From the human T2T-CHM13v2.0 reference genome, Homo sapiens, in assembly GCF_009914755.1 (NCBI RefSeq), contig NC_060947.1: 64,000 nucleotides of DNA; one strand, 5' to 3'. Below, piece by piece: positions 1 through 13,304 of the stretch. Made by a program: the position numbers and the translations under genes. The first letter of the stretch is position 1. Each line of letters begins with the position of its first letter. The notes under the pieces were generated by a model. It was given only the letters and a program-made list of their open reading frames with translations, was not told where the DNA came from and ran no database searches.

Positions 1-332
1 GCATAGAAGGGAGTCACGACCCATGAAGAGCAATGGACATGGTTAATAGAATACTGAGCCCTGGGAGACAGATATACGGGCAGCCAACAAGGATACTGTT
101 CAAACTACAAAGCTGAAAGAAATTGAGGTTGGATGATGGCAGTTACCTCAATAAAAGTGTTATAATCATTTGTCCACTTTCTAGAGCTGCGCCTGCAACC
201 CATTATCTGAAGAAGAGGTCAGGTCCCCATGAAGAAGGAACTTGCAATGCAATGAGAAGTATATATAGTAATGATTCTGCCAATCTGTCCTCAAGGAGGC
301 CTATGGCTATTTTCTTGCATAAGAGTATACTA

Positions 333-765
333 TGCAAAAAAAGACAAACTTCACATGTTTTCAGTTATTTGTGGGAGCTAAAAATTAAAACAATTGAACT
401 CATGGAGATAGAGAGTAGAATGATATTTACCAGAGGCTGAGGAAGGCAGTCAGAGTGTTGGGAGAATGTGGATAATTAATGGGTAAAAAAATAAAGTTAG
501 ATAAAACGAATAAGATCCAATATTTGATAGCACAACAGAGTGACTACAGGCAGCAATAACTTATTGTGCATTTTAAAATAACTAAAATAGTATAATCGAA
601 TTCTTCGTAACACAAAGGATAAATGCTTGAGGTTATGGATACCCTATTTACCCTGATGTTATTATTACACACTATATATGCCTGCATCAAAATATTTCAT
701 GTACCCCATAAATATATACACTTATTACGTACCCCAAAAAATAAAAAAAATAAAATTATAATTAA
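333..765 (+). mobile_element. 5'-truncated L1MA-type 3' UTR fragment
   Basis: Typical L1MA 3' UTR (gaactcatggagatagagagtagaatg...catgtaccccataaatatatacac) with an A-rich tail. TSD aagagtata(c/g)ta at 321-332 and 766-777. Confidence 0.85.
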
Positions 766-894
766 AAGAGTATAGTACTGATAGGTAAACTCCAAACATT
801 TTGAGGACTGTTGGACACAAGGTCTGAATTGATGTTGATACTCAGGGGAAAAAATGTCATTTGTAGCTCCCCAAATGAAATGAGGGTGTATGGA

Positions 895-1320
895 AGTGTT
901 AGTCTGTTCTTACATTGCTATAAAGAAATAACTGAGACTGAGTTATTTATAAAGAGAAGAGATTTAATTGACTCACAGTTCGGCAGGCTGTACAGGAAGC
1001 ATGAGCTGGCATCTTCTCAGCTTCTGGGGAGGCCTTAGGAAATGTACAATCATGATGGAAGGCAAAGAAGGAGTAGGCATGTCACATTACCAGAGCAGGA
1101 ACAAAAGAGAGAGGGAGGGGGTGCTAGACACTTTTAAACAACCAGATCTCATGAGAACTCAGTCATGATTATGAGGACAGTACTAAGTTAGATAGTGCTA
1201 AACCACTCATGAGAAATTCACCACCATGATCAAACCATCTCACACCAGGCTCCACCTCCAACACTGGAGATTACATTGCAACATGAGATTTGGGCAGGGA
1301 CACATATCCAGACTATATCT
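895..1320 (-). mobile_element. MaLR solo LTR (MSTA/MSTB-like)
   Basis: gtgttagtctgttcttacattgctataaagaaata...gagatttgggcagggacacatatccagactatatc matches the reverse complement of MST LTRs. It splits the ERV protease region. Confidence 0.85.
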
Positions 1321-3643
1321 GGGAGCCGGGTAATAAATGGCGGAGTCCAGGACTAGGTCTGATTTGCAATGAATCCACTGGGTCCACGTCCAACTAGCAG
1401 CCATTTCCATGACCCATGAATGTAAAATTGAAATGCATATAATAGGTAGTTGGCAGAACCCCCATATTGGTTTCTTGGGTTGGAGCTTTTGTAGCAGAAA
1501 AGACCAATTAGAATTCTCTGAGATTGTCCACTTTGTCCAAGACCAGATAGTGAAACAAATATTGTCTCCTGAGCAGTAATACAAATCAGTGCCAACTATA
1601 TAGACCTAAGGTATACAAGCATGGTTTTCACCATTATATCTCTGTTTAATTTACCAGTCTGAGTTTGGTTCCTACAATAGCCAGTTGGATCCTCAAATGT
1701 GACAGTTGATTATGACAAATTAAATTACCACTAGCCCTATTTCCAGTTACTGTGCCAAATGTGATATTGCAACTACAGCAGAATAACATGGCCTCAGATA
1801 CCTGGTATATGTCCATAAATCTGGTGAATGTCTTTTCAATCCTAACCAAAATAGGATAGAAACAGATCTCATTTATTTTGGATCGACCACATGTGCATTT
1901 GTAGTTTTTCCCTATGGCTATGTTAACTCTCCTGCTACCTATTTTAAAATAGTTTAAAGACATGTGGGCAATCTGAACATGCTACGAAACATCATATTGG
2001 TCCAATATATCATTATATTATGTTAGTCAAACTGGATGAACAAGAAATGGCAAGTACATTGGAGGCCTTGGTAGGACACGTGCACTCCAGAGTATGGGAG
2101 ATAAAACCTACAAGCGCCTGCCAGATGAGTAAAATTTGGGCGGGGGAGGGGAGTACACAGTGATCTGGAAAATGATAGGACTTCCTCTCTAATGTAAGGG
2201 ACAACCCCCATTTCTAACCACTAAGAGGGAAGCACAAATCCTGCCAGGCCTCTTCAGGTTCTATAGAGCACATATTACATACTTGGGAATACTGTTCTGA
2301 ACCATATGTCAGGTGATGTAAAATCATCAGTTTGGGATGAACTTCATAGCAGGAACTCGCTTTGTAGCAGGACAAGGCTATAGTGTGTAACCTGTCATGC
2401 CACTTGGACCACTATGATTCCTAAGACCCTATTGTATTATAAATATGTGCAGTGGTAAAGTTACCAAGTAGAGGTTATGTCAAATTCTAATAGAAGAATC
2501 AGTCACAACGTAGACTCCTACACGGCCTAGACCCTCCACCCCACTCAGGTCATCTACCAATATAACACTTACCCTCTTCTTCAGTTCAAACTTAATGACT
2601 ACATGGTGGAGGTGAGTCACATTTAATCAATACGTGAATGAGAAGGACTGCTTTTAGTTCACAGATCAGCTTGGCATGTGGGTGAATGCAGAAAATGGAC
2701 TGTGGCTATACTACAATCTTGCTGGTGGCTTGAAAGACAACCATGAAGAGAAGGTCAGCTTAATGTCCAGAGTGTCAGCCAATAATACAATGAGTTATCC
2801 ACTTGTGTGGAAATAGATGTAGCCTGAGATTAGAATTTATACAGATTCATAGACAGTGGCTTATAGTGTGGCTAGTTGGTCAGGAGCCTGAAAGAAGAAA
2901 GATTGGAAGATCAAGGATAAGGTGACTTGAGAGAGAATCATATAGTTGGTCTCATGGGAATGGTAACGAACTATAAACATGTTTATATCTCATGGTGTTG
3001 TCCTTTGGAATGCATCCATCACAAAAGTGACACTAAAAAGCCAAGTAGACAGAACATCTCAGCCAGTTGACAGCAACAACTATCTGTAATAATCCACATG
3101 GTAATGCTTCCACAAGCAGATAAACAGAGTGCTCATGGGGGCAGACAGCACGGGCTGGCATACACCAAATAAAATATTAAAACTCCTGTTCCCAAATATC
3201 TGATATTTGATTGAAACTATTGCTGAGTCACTGATATGGCCCTATCCCTTGAGATTAGCCACTTAGTGGTAACATGAATACATTGAATACTGATTCACCT
3301 TGACTGGAAATGACATACATTCTGGGTAACTGTTTGCCTTTTTTTATCTATGGGGTGTGAAACAAAGGCTTATCAAGTGTTTTATTCACTGATCCTGAAC
3401 ATTACCTAATGTTCCTTTACACAGATAAATTGGCCCACATTAGAACAAAGGAGGTACAACAGTGAATACCAGGTTCTAATTATATATGATACTACACAGA
3501 ATCTGCCAATCTGATAGAACAATGTAATAACCTATTAAAGGCATGACTGAGGCACCAGCTTGCAGATGGTACCTTATGAAAATAGGGTGGTATGATCTTC
3601 CAGGACACAGTGAAATTAATGACCAATATGGTTTGGTGCCCCC

Positions 3644-3729
3644 AGATAGGTAGAATAGATATATGATAGATATATGATAGATAGATAGATAATTGATAGA
3701 TAGATAGGTACATAGATAGATAGATAGAT
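3644..3729. repeat. Imperfect (GATA)n microsatellite
   Basis: Runs of gata/taga are directly visible. Confidence 0.95.
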
Positions 3730-4392
3730 CCAGGAATGAAATGAGAAACAGACACTCCAACTGACCAATTTGTAGAATCTGTGTCTCCCCAAATTACAGC
3801 TTTAAGCTCTGCAGCTTTAGGAGTCTTGGCTCCCAGATGCAAATACTTCTACTAGGAGACAGAGCAAAATTCCCATTTAAATTTCAAGCTATGATTATTA
3901 CCCATTTACTTTGGGCTTTTTCTGCCAAGAGATCATCAGGTAAAGAAAGGAGTCACCATCATAGCAGTGTAATTGATCCTGGTCATTGAGAAAGGAATAG
4001 GAATGCTATTACTCAATGAGAATGGAGAATAATATGTTTTCACTCATGTGGCCCCATTGGTTATCTTTTGAAATTATTTTGCCCAATTTTAGAGGTAAAT
4101 GATCAAATTGAGCAGAGTCTCAGAGAGACATGGTGAGTACAAGGTCAGACTCCTCATAAATGGAAGTTTAGGTTATCCCATTAGGAAGTAATCTACAGCA
4201 GCAGAAGCACTAGTTTAGAGAGAGCTAAACTGCATAGTAAAGTAGGATCAGCTGCTGTGGTAAAGGCTGTAGTTTGCCTAGTTAACCTTCATCTTGTAAT
4301 TTTCTCAAAGAAAAGAAGGCCCCAGAATCCAAAATGAGCTGCTTCCACATCTTAAATGAAGCAAATAGATTCAGGTGGCACAAAGAGTAGAC

Positions 4393-4880
4393 TGTAGTGG
4401 GAAGTGTTGCAGTGCTCAGATTATGACCATCACCACCCCTATTTGAGACTGATGCACTCATTCTCTGAAAACAGTGATAGCTGAAAGATCACTGCTGAGT
4501 TGTCCCTGCTAGCATGTACCCTTAGCTTAAAAGTCCCTCTCATAAAGAGCATTTATCTCATGAATAAATCCTTCTGGAGTGCAGGCTACATCCAATGATT
4601 GATTAATGCAGGTTTATATAGGTCTGGTCTCCTTGTCCCAATTCAGGAAAAATCTGAAGTGCCATCTCAGCTGCAGAGCTTCTCATGGCATTAGCTGAAA
4701 CCTTTGTTGTGACTTCTTAATAGCTTATTATAGCTTCTTTATAGCTTATCTTTTTTCTCTTTCTGCACCGTCTTCAGTTATTCAGTCACAAGTGTTGACT
4801 CAGAAAGCACAAGCCAAAAAACTTAATGCAAATCATTGTCCATTTCAAAGTTTGGTTCTCCAGAAGACACATATGTGATA
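4393..4880 (+). mobile_element. LTR16-family 3' LTR
   Basis: Starts tgtagtgg after a purine-rich tract. Contains the LTR16-like ctgcagagcttctcatggcattagctgaaacctttgttgtgact and cacaagtgttgactcagaaagcac. Confidence 0.7.
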
Positions 4881-5024
4881 TATGTCTACAGCACCAGAGT
4901 TTTAGTTATTCCTTTATAAAATATATATATAAATTAGATAAACACTGTATATTAAAGAAATTGCAACAACTACGTAGAAAAGTATGTAATATAATAGACC
5001 ACACAGACATCAATATTGTATTCA

Positions 5025-5330
5025 TACACTCACTCAATTCATTTTATTAAGCACCTATATAAAAAATTATTCTAGGCACTAAGTATACGGCGCTGCACCA
5101 GAGAAACACAAGACGACCTCCTAAGGAAGTATATTGTCTTGCAGGTAAGGGGGGCATTAGGCAAATAGATACACTTCAATTATTTAATTACAATGGTGAC
5201 AAGTGCAACAAAGGAGAAATAGACTATAATGAGTGCATGTGACAAAAGATACTTACTCTGGGGATCCAGAGAAGAGCTTCATTGATAAACATTTAGATAA
5301 ACAGTAGGAGTTAGCTAACATGACAAAAGG
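5025..5330 (-). mobile_element. L2 3' fragment
   Basis: cactcaattcattttattaagcacc...ctaggcact resembles the reverse complement of the L2 3' end. Confidence 0.55.
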
Positions 5331-6079
5331 GAGCAGGAGGTCAATTATAATTTTATCCCAAAATTAATTTTCAATTTCATAGTTACAATCTATACAAATA
5401 CAGTAAGATTCTTGATATGTGTTTGTCAATATCTTACAATATTGATTAGAACACACAGTTGAAAATTGATGCATGCTCTTCATTCATTCAATAAACAATT
5501 GTGTAGGTGTTATATTCAAGGAATTTGGTTAGGTATTACAGGACATTCACCAAGAAATATGGTACCTTTTCTTTCTGTAAGTATATTATACAATGATAAA
5601 GACACAAAGCCAAATGAGAAGTTGTGACATGATAAGTTCCACAAGACAAACTTGATGCAAATCGAAAATGTGAGTAAATTTATAAATTGGATCATGTTTA
5701 TAATATGAAGTATATATTACATAGAATAAATTAATACGGTTACACAAGTTACTTCCTACTACTATCGTGAAGGGCTATTGAGATGTTATTATATAATAGC
5801 ATAAATAATGGCCATAGCTAGCTAGATAGATACAGATATATGGAATGGAATTTAAACTAGTTAATCCTATCCTATGTTAATAGGATAATAATTCCCACAG
5901 GGACAAAGGAAAACATTTACAACTAAAAATGATCATCCTTGTTATGCAAGTATTAAAGGGGCTCAAGTTAATAGCTGTTATTTATGATAAATAATATCTA
6001 CCCAAATATAGATTTTTCCTCCTCTGTAACTAATACTGGCAATAATAATAACAACAGTAACAATTATCATTTTTATACT

Positions 6080-6610
6080 GATTTAGGGAGAAAAGTGAGA
6101 TATCATTATTTTCGTTTATGAATAAGGGAACTAAGTGTTAATGAGATCAATTAACTTGCCTGGACATACAGTAAGTAAAGATAGAGCCAGTACTATATTC
6201 CATGTCTTCTGAATTTTGATTCCATGCTCTTTCTATTCTATCACAATGCTTCATGCTAGATTATCCTTGCCTATTTTTCATTAATGTGCTTGTCTGTATT
6301 ACAAATAATAACAATAGATAATACTTAATCAGTACTGCATATATAGAATATACATTCTTCTAAGCACTTTTGTTGTAGAGATGTATGATCATCATGAGAA
6401 GTGTGCGAAGAAGGTACTATGATTATTGCCAGATTGCAGATCAAGAAAATGAGGTACAGAGACATTAAGTAAATTGCCTAAGAGCACACAGACAGTAAAC
6501 GATTAAGTTTACTTGCTAACTTGCTTATTTTACTTGCTAACTTTACTTATTAACTTGCTGGTTTTCAAACTCAGAGATTCTGGCTTCAGTTCCTAACACC
6601 ATGCTGTCAT
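6080..6610 (-). mobile_element. Two MIR fragments (about 6080-6250 and 6305-6610)
   Basis: MIR core reverse complement: gaaaatgaggtacagagacattaagtaaattgcctaagagcacacagacagtaa and aattaacttgcctggacatacagtaagtaaagatagagccag. Confidence 0.7.
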
Positions 6611-6799
6611 GAACTCACTCAACAGAGTAGGAAGACATGAACTCTCTACTCTTTTGGAAACACATTTTATTAAAATATAGACAAAATATTTATGCTCCAG
6701 CCATAATCAATCACTTTTGGTTCCCAATTCTGGCATCTGGCTCTACTGCCTCAATCCCAGAGTCATATTCACCAGTCCCTTTCTCATCTTCATCTACCT

Positions 6800-7270
6800 A
6801 TCTACTACTTGGCACATTTAGTTTTTATGACCCCTTCTCTAAGAAGCCTTCCCTCAGCTTCCAAGATTGGAGCAGGTGGTCCTCCTATGTGTCCCTGGAG
6901 GGCACCGTGCTTACACCTATCAGAGCACTCATCACACCCATTTGTAATTGCAAGTTACTTATATGTCTTCCAGATTAGAGCATAAAGTTCTTAATACTAG
7001 GAACTGAATCATATTTAACTTTGAATTCCCCACAGTCTAACATACTTCTCTGTTTATGGGGTAATGCACTAAATGTTTGTTGATTTCTTAGAACCTCACA
7101 CTTGTTTTAGCACTTATAAATGTAGTTAAACAGCATTGTGTTCAGATTTGTACTAGGTGTACTTCTATGATAGAATATTAGCTCTATGAAGGGGAGAACA
7201 ATGTGTTGTTTTCATCCACAAGCACAGTACCTGACCCATAGCCAGCATTCTATCAATAGTTTTTAAGTGT
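6800..7270 (+). mobile_element. L2 3' fragments
   Basis: aagaagccttccct...agattagagcataaagttctt...aaatgtttgttga, plus a second short L2 tail at ~7170-7270. Confidence 0.6.
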
Positions 7271-9254
7271 ACAGAACCAAGTACAAAAGTAAGAAACAAT
7301 TCATAAAAGCATAAGACTCAATAATCTTGGAAGATAGCCAGCACAGATCAATGTACACTTAGTACTTTGTATCTGAAAACTGAAAAGGAAATGCATGCCA
7401 ATAGAAATATACAGGGAACGTACAAAAAGTTTGTGATCAGTGCAGATTTCTACATAAAATATCTAAAAATACTTCTGCATAAAGTGAAAAAAGTAAATGG
7501 AATATACAACAGCAGATAGCACAAGTCAAAAAATTCTTCATACAGCACACAAATATGTCTTAATATAGTTACCTTAATATGTTCAATAACAATGTTGCTA
7601 TATGTTTAAGGGAGATGACAGAAAGCTATCTGAAAAGAAAATATTCAAATTATATTTTTCCTTATGCTAATTTATCCAAACACTCAATAGTAGAGCAAAC
7701 AGGCAGAACCTAAGGAACAAAACTAAAACCAGGCCTAGAAATTTGATAGATAATATTATTAATATAGGCTCATACCTGGTTCATTCAGGTTTTAAGCAGT
7801 AAGGTGTTTTATCTCAATTATGTTGAAAAATAAATAAAACTTTGCCCTTCAACAGAATAATACATGAATAATATGACAAATACCATGTAAAATATTTGAA
7901 TCAACTGATTATGTGTTTCTATTTGCTATTAAACATTCATTTCAACAATTTTACAAACAACACAGTGAAAACATATATTTATGGCATTTAAAGTTTGTTT
8001 TCTTTTACCAATATATAGCCTATGCCTTTATCTATGTCCTTTCTAGCACTGTCCTTATGACTCCACTAAGATCAAGGTTCAATATGGTAAATACATTGAT
8101 CACCTAACATTTTCTTATACACAAACATAAAGAACTGTGGTAAAAAGACCATGACAATTTGAATAAAGCTACATCAGAAATAGTTAAAATTTACAACTGC
8201 TCTGATAAGACTACATAAGAAAAACAGAATTTTTTTTTGTGAACAGTGCTTCACACATGTCTAGCCACATAGTTGTTTAAGAAATACTTTAAATTGATCT
8301 GAATGACTGCCTAGGGACAAATAGATATATGTCTGATTGATGTTTTAAGTAAAAGAGCATATTTTTGTTAGTTCCAAAAAGCATTGATTTTTATGCATGT
8401 GTACTCCTAAGTGCCTCTAGAATTTTTCTCACATTTCTCATCACTGTTGTTAACTTTCTGTCCCACATTCAATGGAAGCCTCTTGTTCTGTACGTTCCAT
8501 TTTCCTTTCTCCCTCAGGTTCCTGAGTACTCTTAAGTGGATTGTTTTTTTCTTTGCCAGCTAATAGATTTGTGTTCTTTTATTACTCATATAAATCAATG
8601 TACTGAGATGTCTTCAGCTGCACTACACAAGTTGCCACTCCTGTGATTTGACTGAGTACACATGAAGGCCATTATCTCTCTGTTGAAGATCTGGAGGTAA
8701 ATATTCTGCTCCCAGGCTTCTTCAGGTTCAAGTGGCAGCCTTCTTCTAATTACTGGAACGAAAAGCCATTTGGCTCACCAGAGAAGGTCAGCTACAGGTT
8801 TATTTGGATCAAAATAATAGGAAGCCTTTTCCAAGAAGACCAGAATAAGCCAAAGAATTTTTGGGTTCATCATTTGCTGGAGGAGAGTCACAGGCCTCAA
8901 CAAAGTAATGCTCCTCAGGAACCCAGAATTCCTTAATCTCACTTTAGCGCGCATGGAAAAGCAACCCGAATACTCAGCTGTTTCCCCTTGAGTCTCCAAA
9001 ACACCAAAGCATCAAGAAAAATAAGAAACTAAATCTGCTTTCTCTGTCACATGTGTTTGCTCTCTCTCACACGCTTGCGCTCTCTCTCTCTCTCATCTCA
9101 GTAAAAGAAAAATGATATAAAATACTCAGAAGAAGGATACAGGATACAAAGCACATAAATAATAAAATTTCCCCTCCAAAAAAAGGAATAAATGGAGGAA
9201 AAATAATGATTAAACAACAAAAAAGAAAATTATTCTAAAGAAAGACATGAGTAT

Positions 9255-11537
9255 TGATATGGTTTGTCTGTGTCCCTACCAAATATCAGCTTGAATTGTA
9301 TCTCCCAGAATTCCCACGTGTTGTGGGAGGGACCCAGGGGGAGGTAATTGAATCATGGGGGCCGGTCTTTCTTGTGCTATTCTCGTGACAGTGAATAAGT
9401 CTCACGAGATCTGATGGGTTTGTCAGGGGGTTCTGCCATCATTCTTCCTCATTTTTTTCTCTTGCCGCATCCATGTAAGAAGCGCTTTTTGCCTCCCGCC
9501 ATGATTCTGAGGCCTCCCCAGCCACGTGGAACTGTAAGTCCAATTAAACCTTTTTTTCTTCCCAGTCTTGGGTATGTCTTTATCAGCAGCGTGAAACTGG
9601 ACTAATACAGTAAATTGATACCGGTAGAGTGGAGCGTTGCTGAAAAGATAACCGAAAATGTGGAAGTGATTTTGGAACTGGGTAAACAGGCAGAGGTTGA
9701 GACAGTTTGGAGGGCTCAGAAGACAGGGAAATGTGGGAAAATTTGGAATCTCCAAGAGGCTTGTTGGATGGCTTTGACAACGCTGATAGTGATATGAACA
9801 ATAAGGTTCAGACTGAGGTGGTCTCAGATGGAGATGAGGAACTTGTTGGGAACTGGAGCAAAGGTGACTCTTGTTATGTTTTAGCAAAGAGACTGGAGGC
9901 ATTTTGACTCTGCCCTAGAAATATGTGAAACTTTGAACTTGAGAGAGATGATTTAGGGTATCTGACAGAAGAAATTTCTAAGTAGCTAAGCATTCAAAAG
10001 GTGACTTCGGTGTTGTTAAAAGCATTCCATTTTCAAAGGGAAGCCGAGCATAAAAGTTCAGAAAATTTGCGACCTGACGATGCAGTAGAAAAAAAATATC
10101 ATTTTTTGAGGAGAAATTCAAGCCAGCTGCAGAAATTTGCATAAGTAGCAAGTAGCCTAATGTTAATCTCGAAGATCATGGGAAAAATGTCTCCAGGCCA
10201 TGTCAGAGACCTTCCCAGCAGCCCCTCCTATCACCCGGCCTGGAGGCCCAGGAGGAAAATAATAGTTTTGTGGGCTGAGCCCAGGGTCCCCAGGCTGTGT
10301 GCAGCCTAGGTACTTGGTGCCCCGTGCCCCAGCTGCTTCAGCCACGGCTGAAAGGGGCCAATGTAGAGCTCAGGCTGTGGCTTCAGAGGGTGAAAGCTTC
10401 AAGCCTTGGCAGCTTCCACATGGTGTTGAGCCTGTGGGTGCACAGATGTCAAGAATTGAGGTTTGGGAACCTCCGCTTAGATATCAGAAGATGTATGGAA
10501 ATGCCTGGATGCCAAGGCAAAAGTTTGCTGCACAGGTGGGGCCCTCGTGGAGAACCTCTGCTAGGGCAATGCAGAAGGGAAATGTGGGGTGGGAGCCCCA
10601 CACAGAGTCCCTACTGGGGCACTGCCTAGTCAAGCTGTGAGAAGAGGGCCACCATCTTCCAAACCCCAGAATGGTAGATCCGCTGGCAGCTTGTACCGTG
10701 CACCTGGAAAAGCTGCAGACACCTAATGCCAGCCAGTGAAAGCAGCCAGGAGGGAGGCTATACCCTGCAAAGCCACAGGGGCGGAGCTGCCCAAGACCAT
10801 AGGAACCCACCTTTTGCATCAGCATCAAGTGGATGTGAGACCTGGAGTCAAAGGAGGTGATTTTGGAGCTTTAGAATTTGACTTCCCTGCTGGATTTCAG
10901 ACTTCCATGGGCCCTGTAGCCCCTTTGTTTTGGCCAATTTCTCCCATTTGGAATGGCTGTATTTACCCAATACCTTTACTCTCATTGTATCCAGGAAGTA
11001 ACTAGCTTGCTTTTGATTTTACAGGCTCATAGGTGGAAGGGACTTGCCTTGTCTCAGATGAGGCTTCGGACTGTGGACTTTTGGGTTAATGCTGAAATGA
11101 GTTAACACTTTGGGGGACTGTTGGGAAGGCGTGGTTGGCTTTTGAATGTGAGGACATGAGATTTGGAGGGCCAGGGGCAGAATCATATGGTTTGGCTGTG
11201 TCCTCAGCCAAATCTCAACTTGAATTGTATCTCCCAGAATTCCCTCATGCTGTGGAAGGGACCCATGTGGAGGTAATTGAATCATGAGGGCTGATCTTTC
11301 CCGTGTTATTCTCATTATAGTGAATAAATCTCACAAGATCTAATGGGTTTATCGGGGGTTTCCGCTATTGTTCTTCCTCATTTTTTCTGTTGCTGCATCC
11401 ATGTAAAAACTGCCTTTTGCCTCCCACCATGATTCTAAGGCCTTGCCAATCACGTGGAACTCTAAGTCCAATTAAACCTCTTCTTCTTCCGAGTCTCGGA
11501 TATGTGTTTATCAGCAGCGTGAAAACGAACTAATACA
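9255..11537 (+). mobile_element. Full-length THE1A MaLR provirus (5' LTR 9255-9609, internal 9610-11182, 3' LTR 11183-11537)
   Basis: Two direct-repeat THE1A LTRs (tgatatggttt...gactaataca; the 3' copy starts tcatatgg). A ~1.6 kb THE1 internal region with a polypurine tract (PPT) ggagggccaggggcagaa. Perfect 5-bp TSD AGTAT at 9250-9254 and 11538-11542. Confidence 0.95.
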
Positions 11538-12292
11538 AGTATAAACTGAAAATTTTCATTGACTAAGCAGTAGGATTCATGAAGAAAGAAAAGACGTAGA
11601 TCCATCTTGATAAAATTTTTGAATTAAAAAATGAAGAGAAAATATTACCAGCTTCTCAAAAGAAAGAATAGCCTATGTACAATAGAAATAAAATCAGGCC
11701 AGTATAGTACTTTTTTCTTCAAGTTGAGACTAGAAACTAGAGGACAGAAGAATGATCCACATACCATTGAGAGAAAAAGGTTTTATAATTAAAGACGACT
11801 ACATTATGCCAAATTATATTCATTTGCAAAGGAAGGAGAAAAAGATTTTGGCACACATGAGAGTTCATAGATTATCAGAACACTATATCCTAATGAAAGA
11901 AAATATGTAAGAAAGAGTTCTGACCAAAAGCACATTTAGTCAGAACAGAGAAATCAAGAGAGGAGAAAAGAACGATGTAAAAGTTAGTTATAAATGTATT
12001 TTGAAGTTATTTGTAATTTAGGCAAATGTTTCTAGCATGATTGAAAATTTATAATATACAAGTTAAATGGAATTATGGAAACAGAAAAGAAAAATAGAAT
12101 GGAAATGACAATATTAGCCTAACACTAATTTTTTAAAACTATCTTAGAAATAACCTGAGGTTGAATGAAGGTTAGTAAAATGTCTCAACTGAGAAGCGAA
12201 TATTTCTAAACATTTTAAGATTCATTTGGGGAAGGGAAATAGATATGTAAAGCATCTTAGTGGAATGCTGATTTATCATTTTACTTTGATGT

Positions 12293-12326
12293 GAGTGTAG
12301 TGTGTGTGTGTGTGTGTTTGTGTGTT
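12293..12326. repeat. (TG)n microsatellite
   Basis: Directly visible. Confidence 0.9.
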
Positions 12327-13304
12327 TGATAATCAGTTTTAAGGACGGAAAGTTAACCACCTGCAGAATTAAAGACATGCCAAATTTAGCCAAATGAAAA
12401 AAAAAATGAACATAATCCTGATAAATTCACCCAAAATAAGAACATAGAGGGAAAAAAATAGCTAATATAGAATAAGATTACAGGAAGAAAACCAAACATA
12501 CCAGCTATTGTATTAAATGTAAAAATGCCCAAACTACAAATTTTAAAATTAAAAAGTAAGATGACGTTAAAAACAATAACAACACATGATGTTTTCAAGA
12601 ACCATATCTAAAGCAACATGAAAAAATATTGAAAATAAAGGAATGGATTATTATACTACATGCAAATTTCAAATCAAAAGACAGCAGGAGTGTTACCATT
12701 ATTATCAGAAAAAGTGGATCCCATGGCCAAACAGCATTAAACATGAAAAAGATGATCAATAACTTTAATGCAAACTATAAGCTTCCTTCTTTTCATATGT
12801 ATATGAATCCATATGGAGCAAAAATTGCAGCTAGCTCTTCATCAGGAGGAAATGAAAGATTGGCACACAGCACTGAAGACAGAAATTAACAGTAGCAGAA
12901 AAAGTAAATATATAGGTAAATCTAAATAAATATTCACTTTTAAAATGATACTAATTGTATTTAAAGTTTAAAGTGTGTTTAGATTGATAATACGTGGCAT
13001 GTGGCAACAACAGAACAGCTGTGTTAAAGGTAAAATTTAGTAAGTCAAAGGTGTATTTGCAATCTTTCAAGTAATCGCTAAAAAAAATTAAAAATGTATG
13101 AGTAACACTCTAACAAAAGGGAAAACTACTATACACTACCTAATTAAACCAAAGGAAGGCAAGAGAAAATTTATCAAAGTCAACATGAGAAAAAAATTGT
13201 AAGAATGTAGGTTTAAACCCCAAACATATCAGAAATTACACTAGTACTAATGAACAAAAGAGTCCAACTAAGGATAAAACATAATTTTTATTGCAAACCT
13301 AAAC

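Larger units (their letters stand above)
1..4392 (+). mobile_element. Decayed class III endogenous retrovirus internal region (HERV16/ERV3-16A3 or ERVL-like; pro-pol-dUTPase), interrupted by L1, MST and a microsatellite
   Basis: A protease-like motif LLDTRSELMLI at ~808-840 resembles ERVL LLDTGSELTLI. RT-like remnants lie at ~1750-2020 (TWY..I.L.N.F and the LVHYIDDI region). A dUTPase-like remnant lies at ~3820-4020 (KKGVT...VIDP). The region ends in a purine-rich stretch before an LTR16. Many stops and frameshifts. Confidence 0.8.
9000..13300 (+). mobile_element. Very old L1/HAL1-like fragments (ORF1 to start of ORF2), host of the THE1A provirus
   Basis: A-rich, highly diverged ORF1-like sequence (aaaatcaggccag...agaaactagaggacag) continues across the THE1A insertion. 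ORF2-start-like sequence occurs near 12480-12720 and 13200-13280. Confidence 0.5.

Noticed and set aside
3476-3842. ORFs rich in Y, L, S and I
   Set aside because: These are translations of the (GATA)n microsatellite.
9414-11315. Cluster of 60-159 aa ORFs
   Set aside because: All lie within THE1A LTR or internal sequence, and such chance ORFs are typical there.
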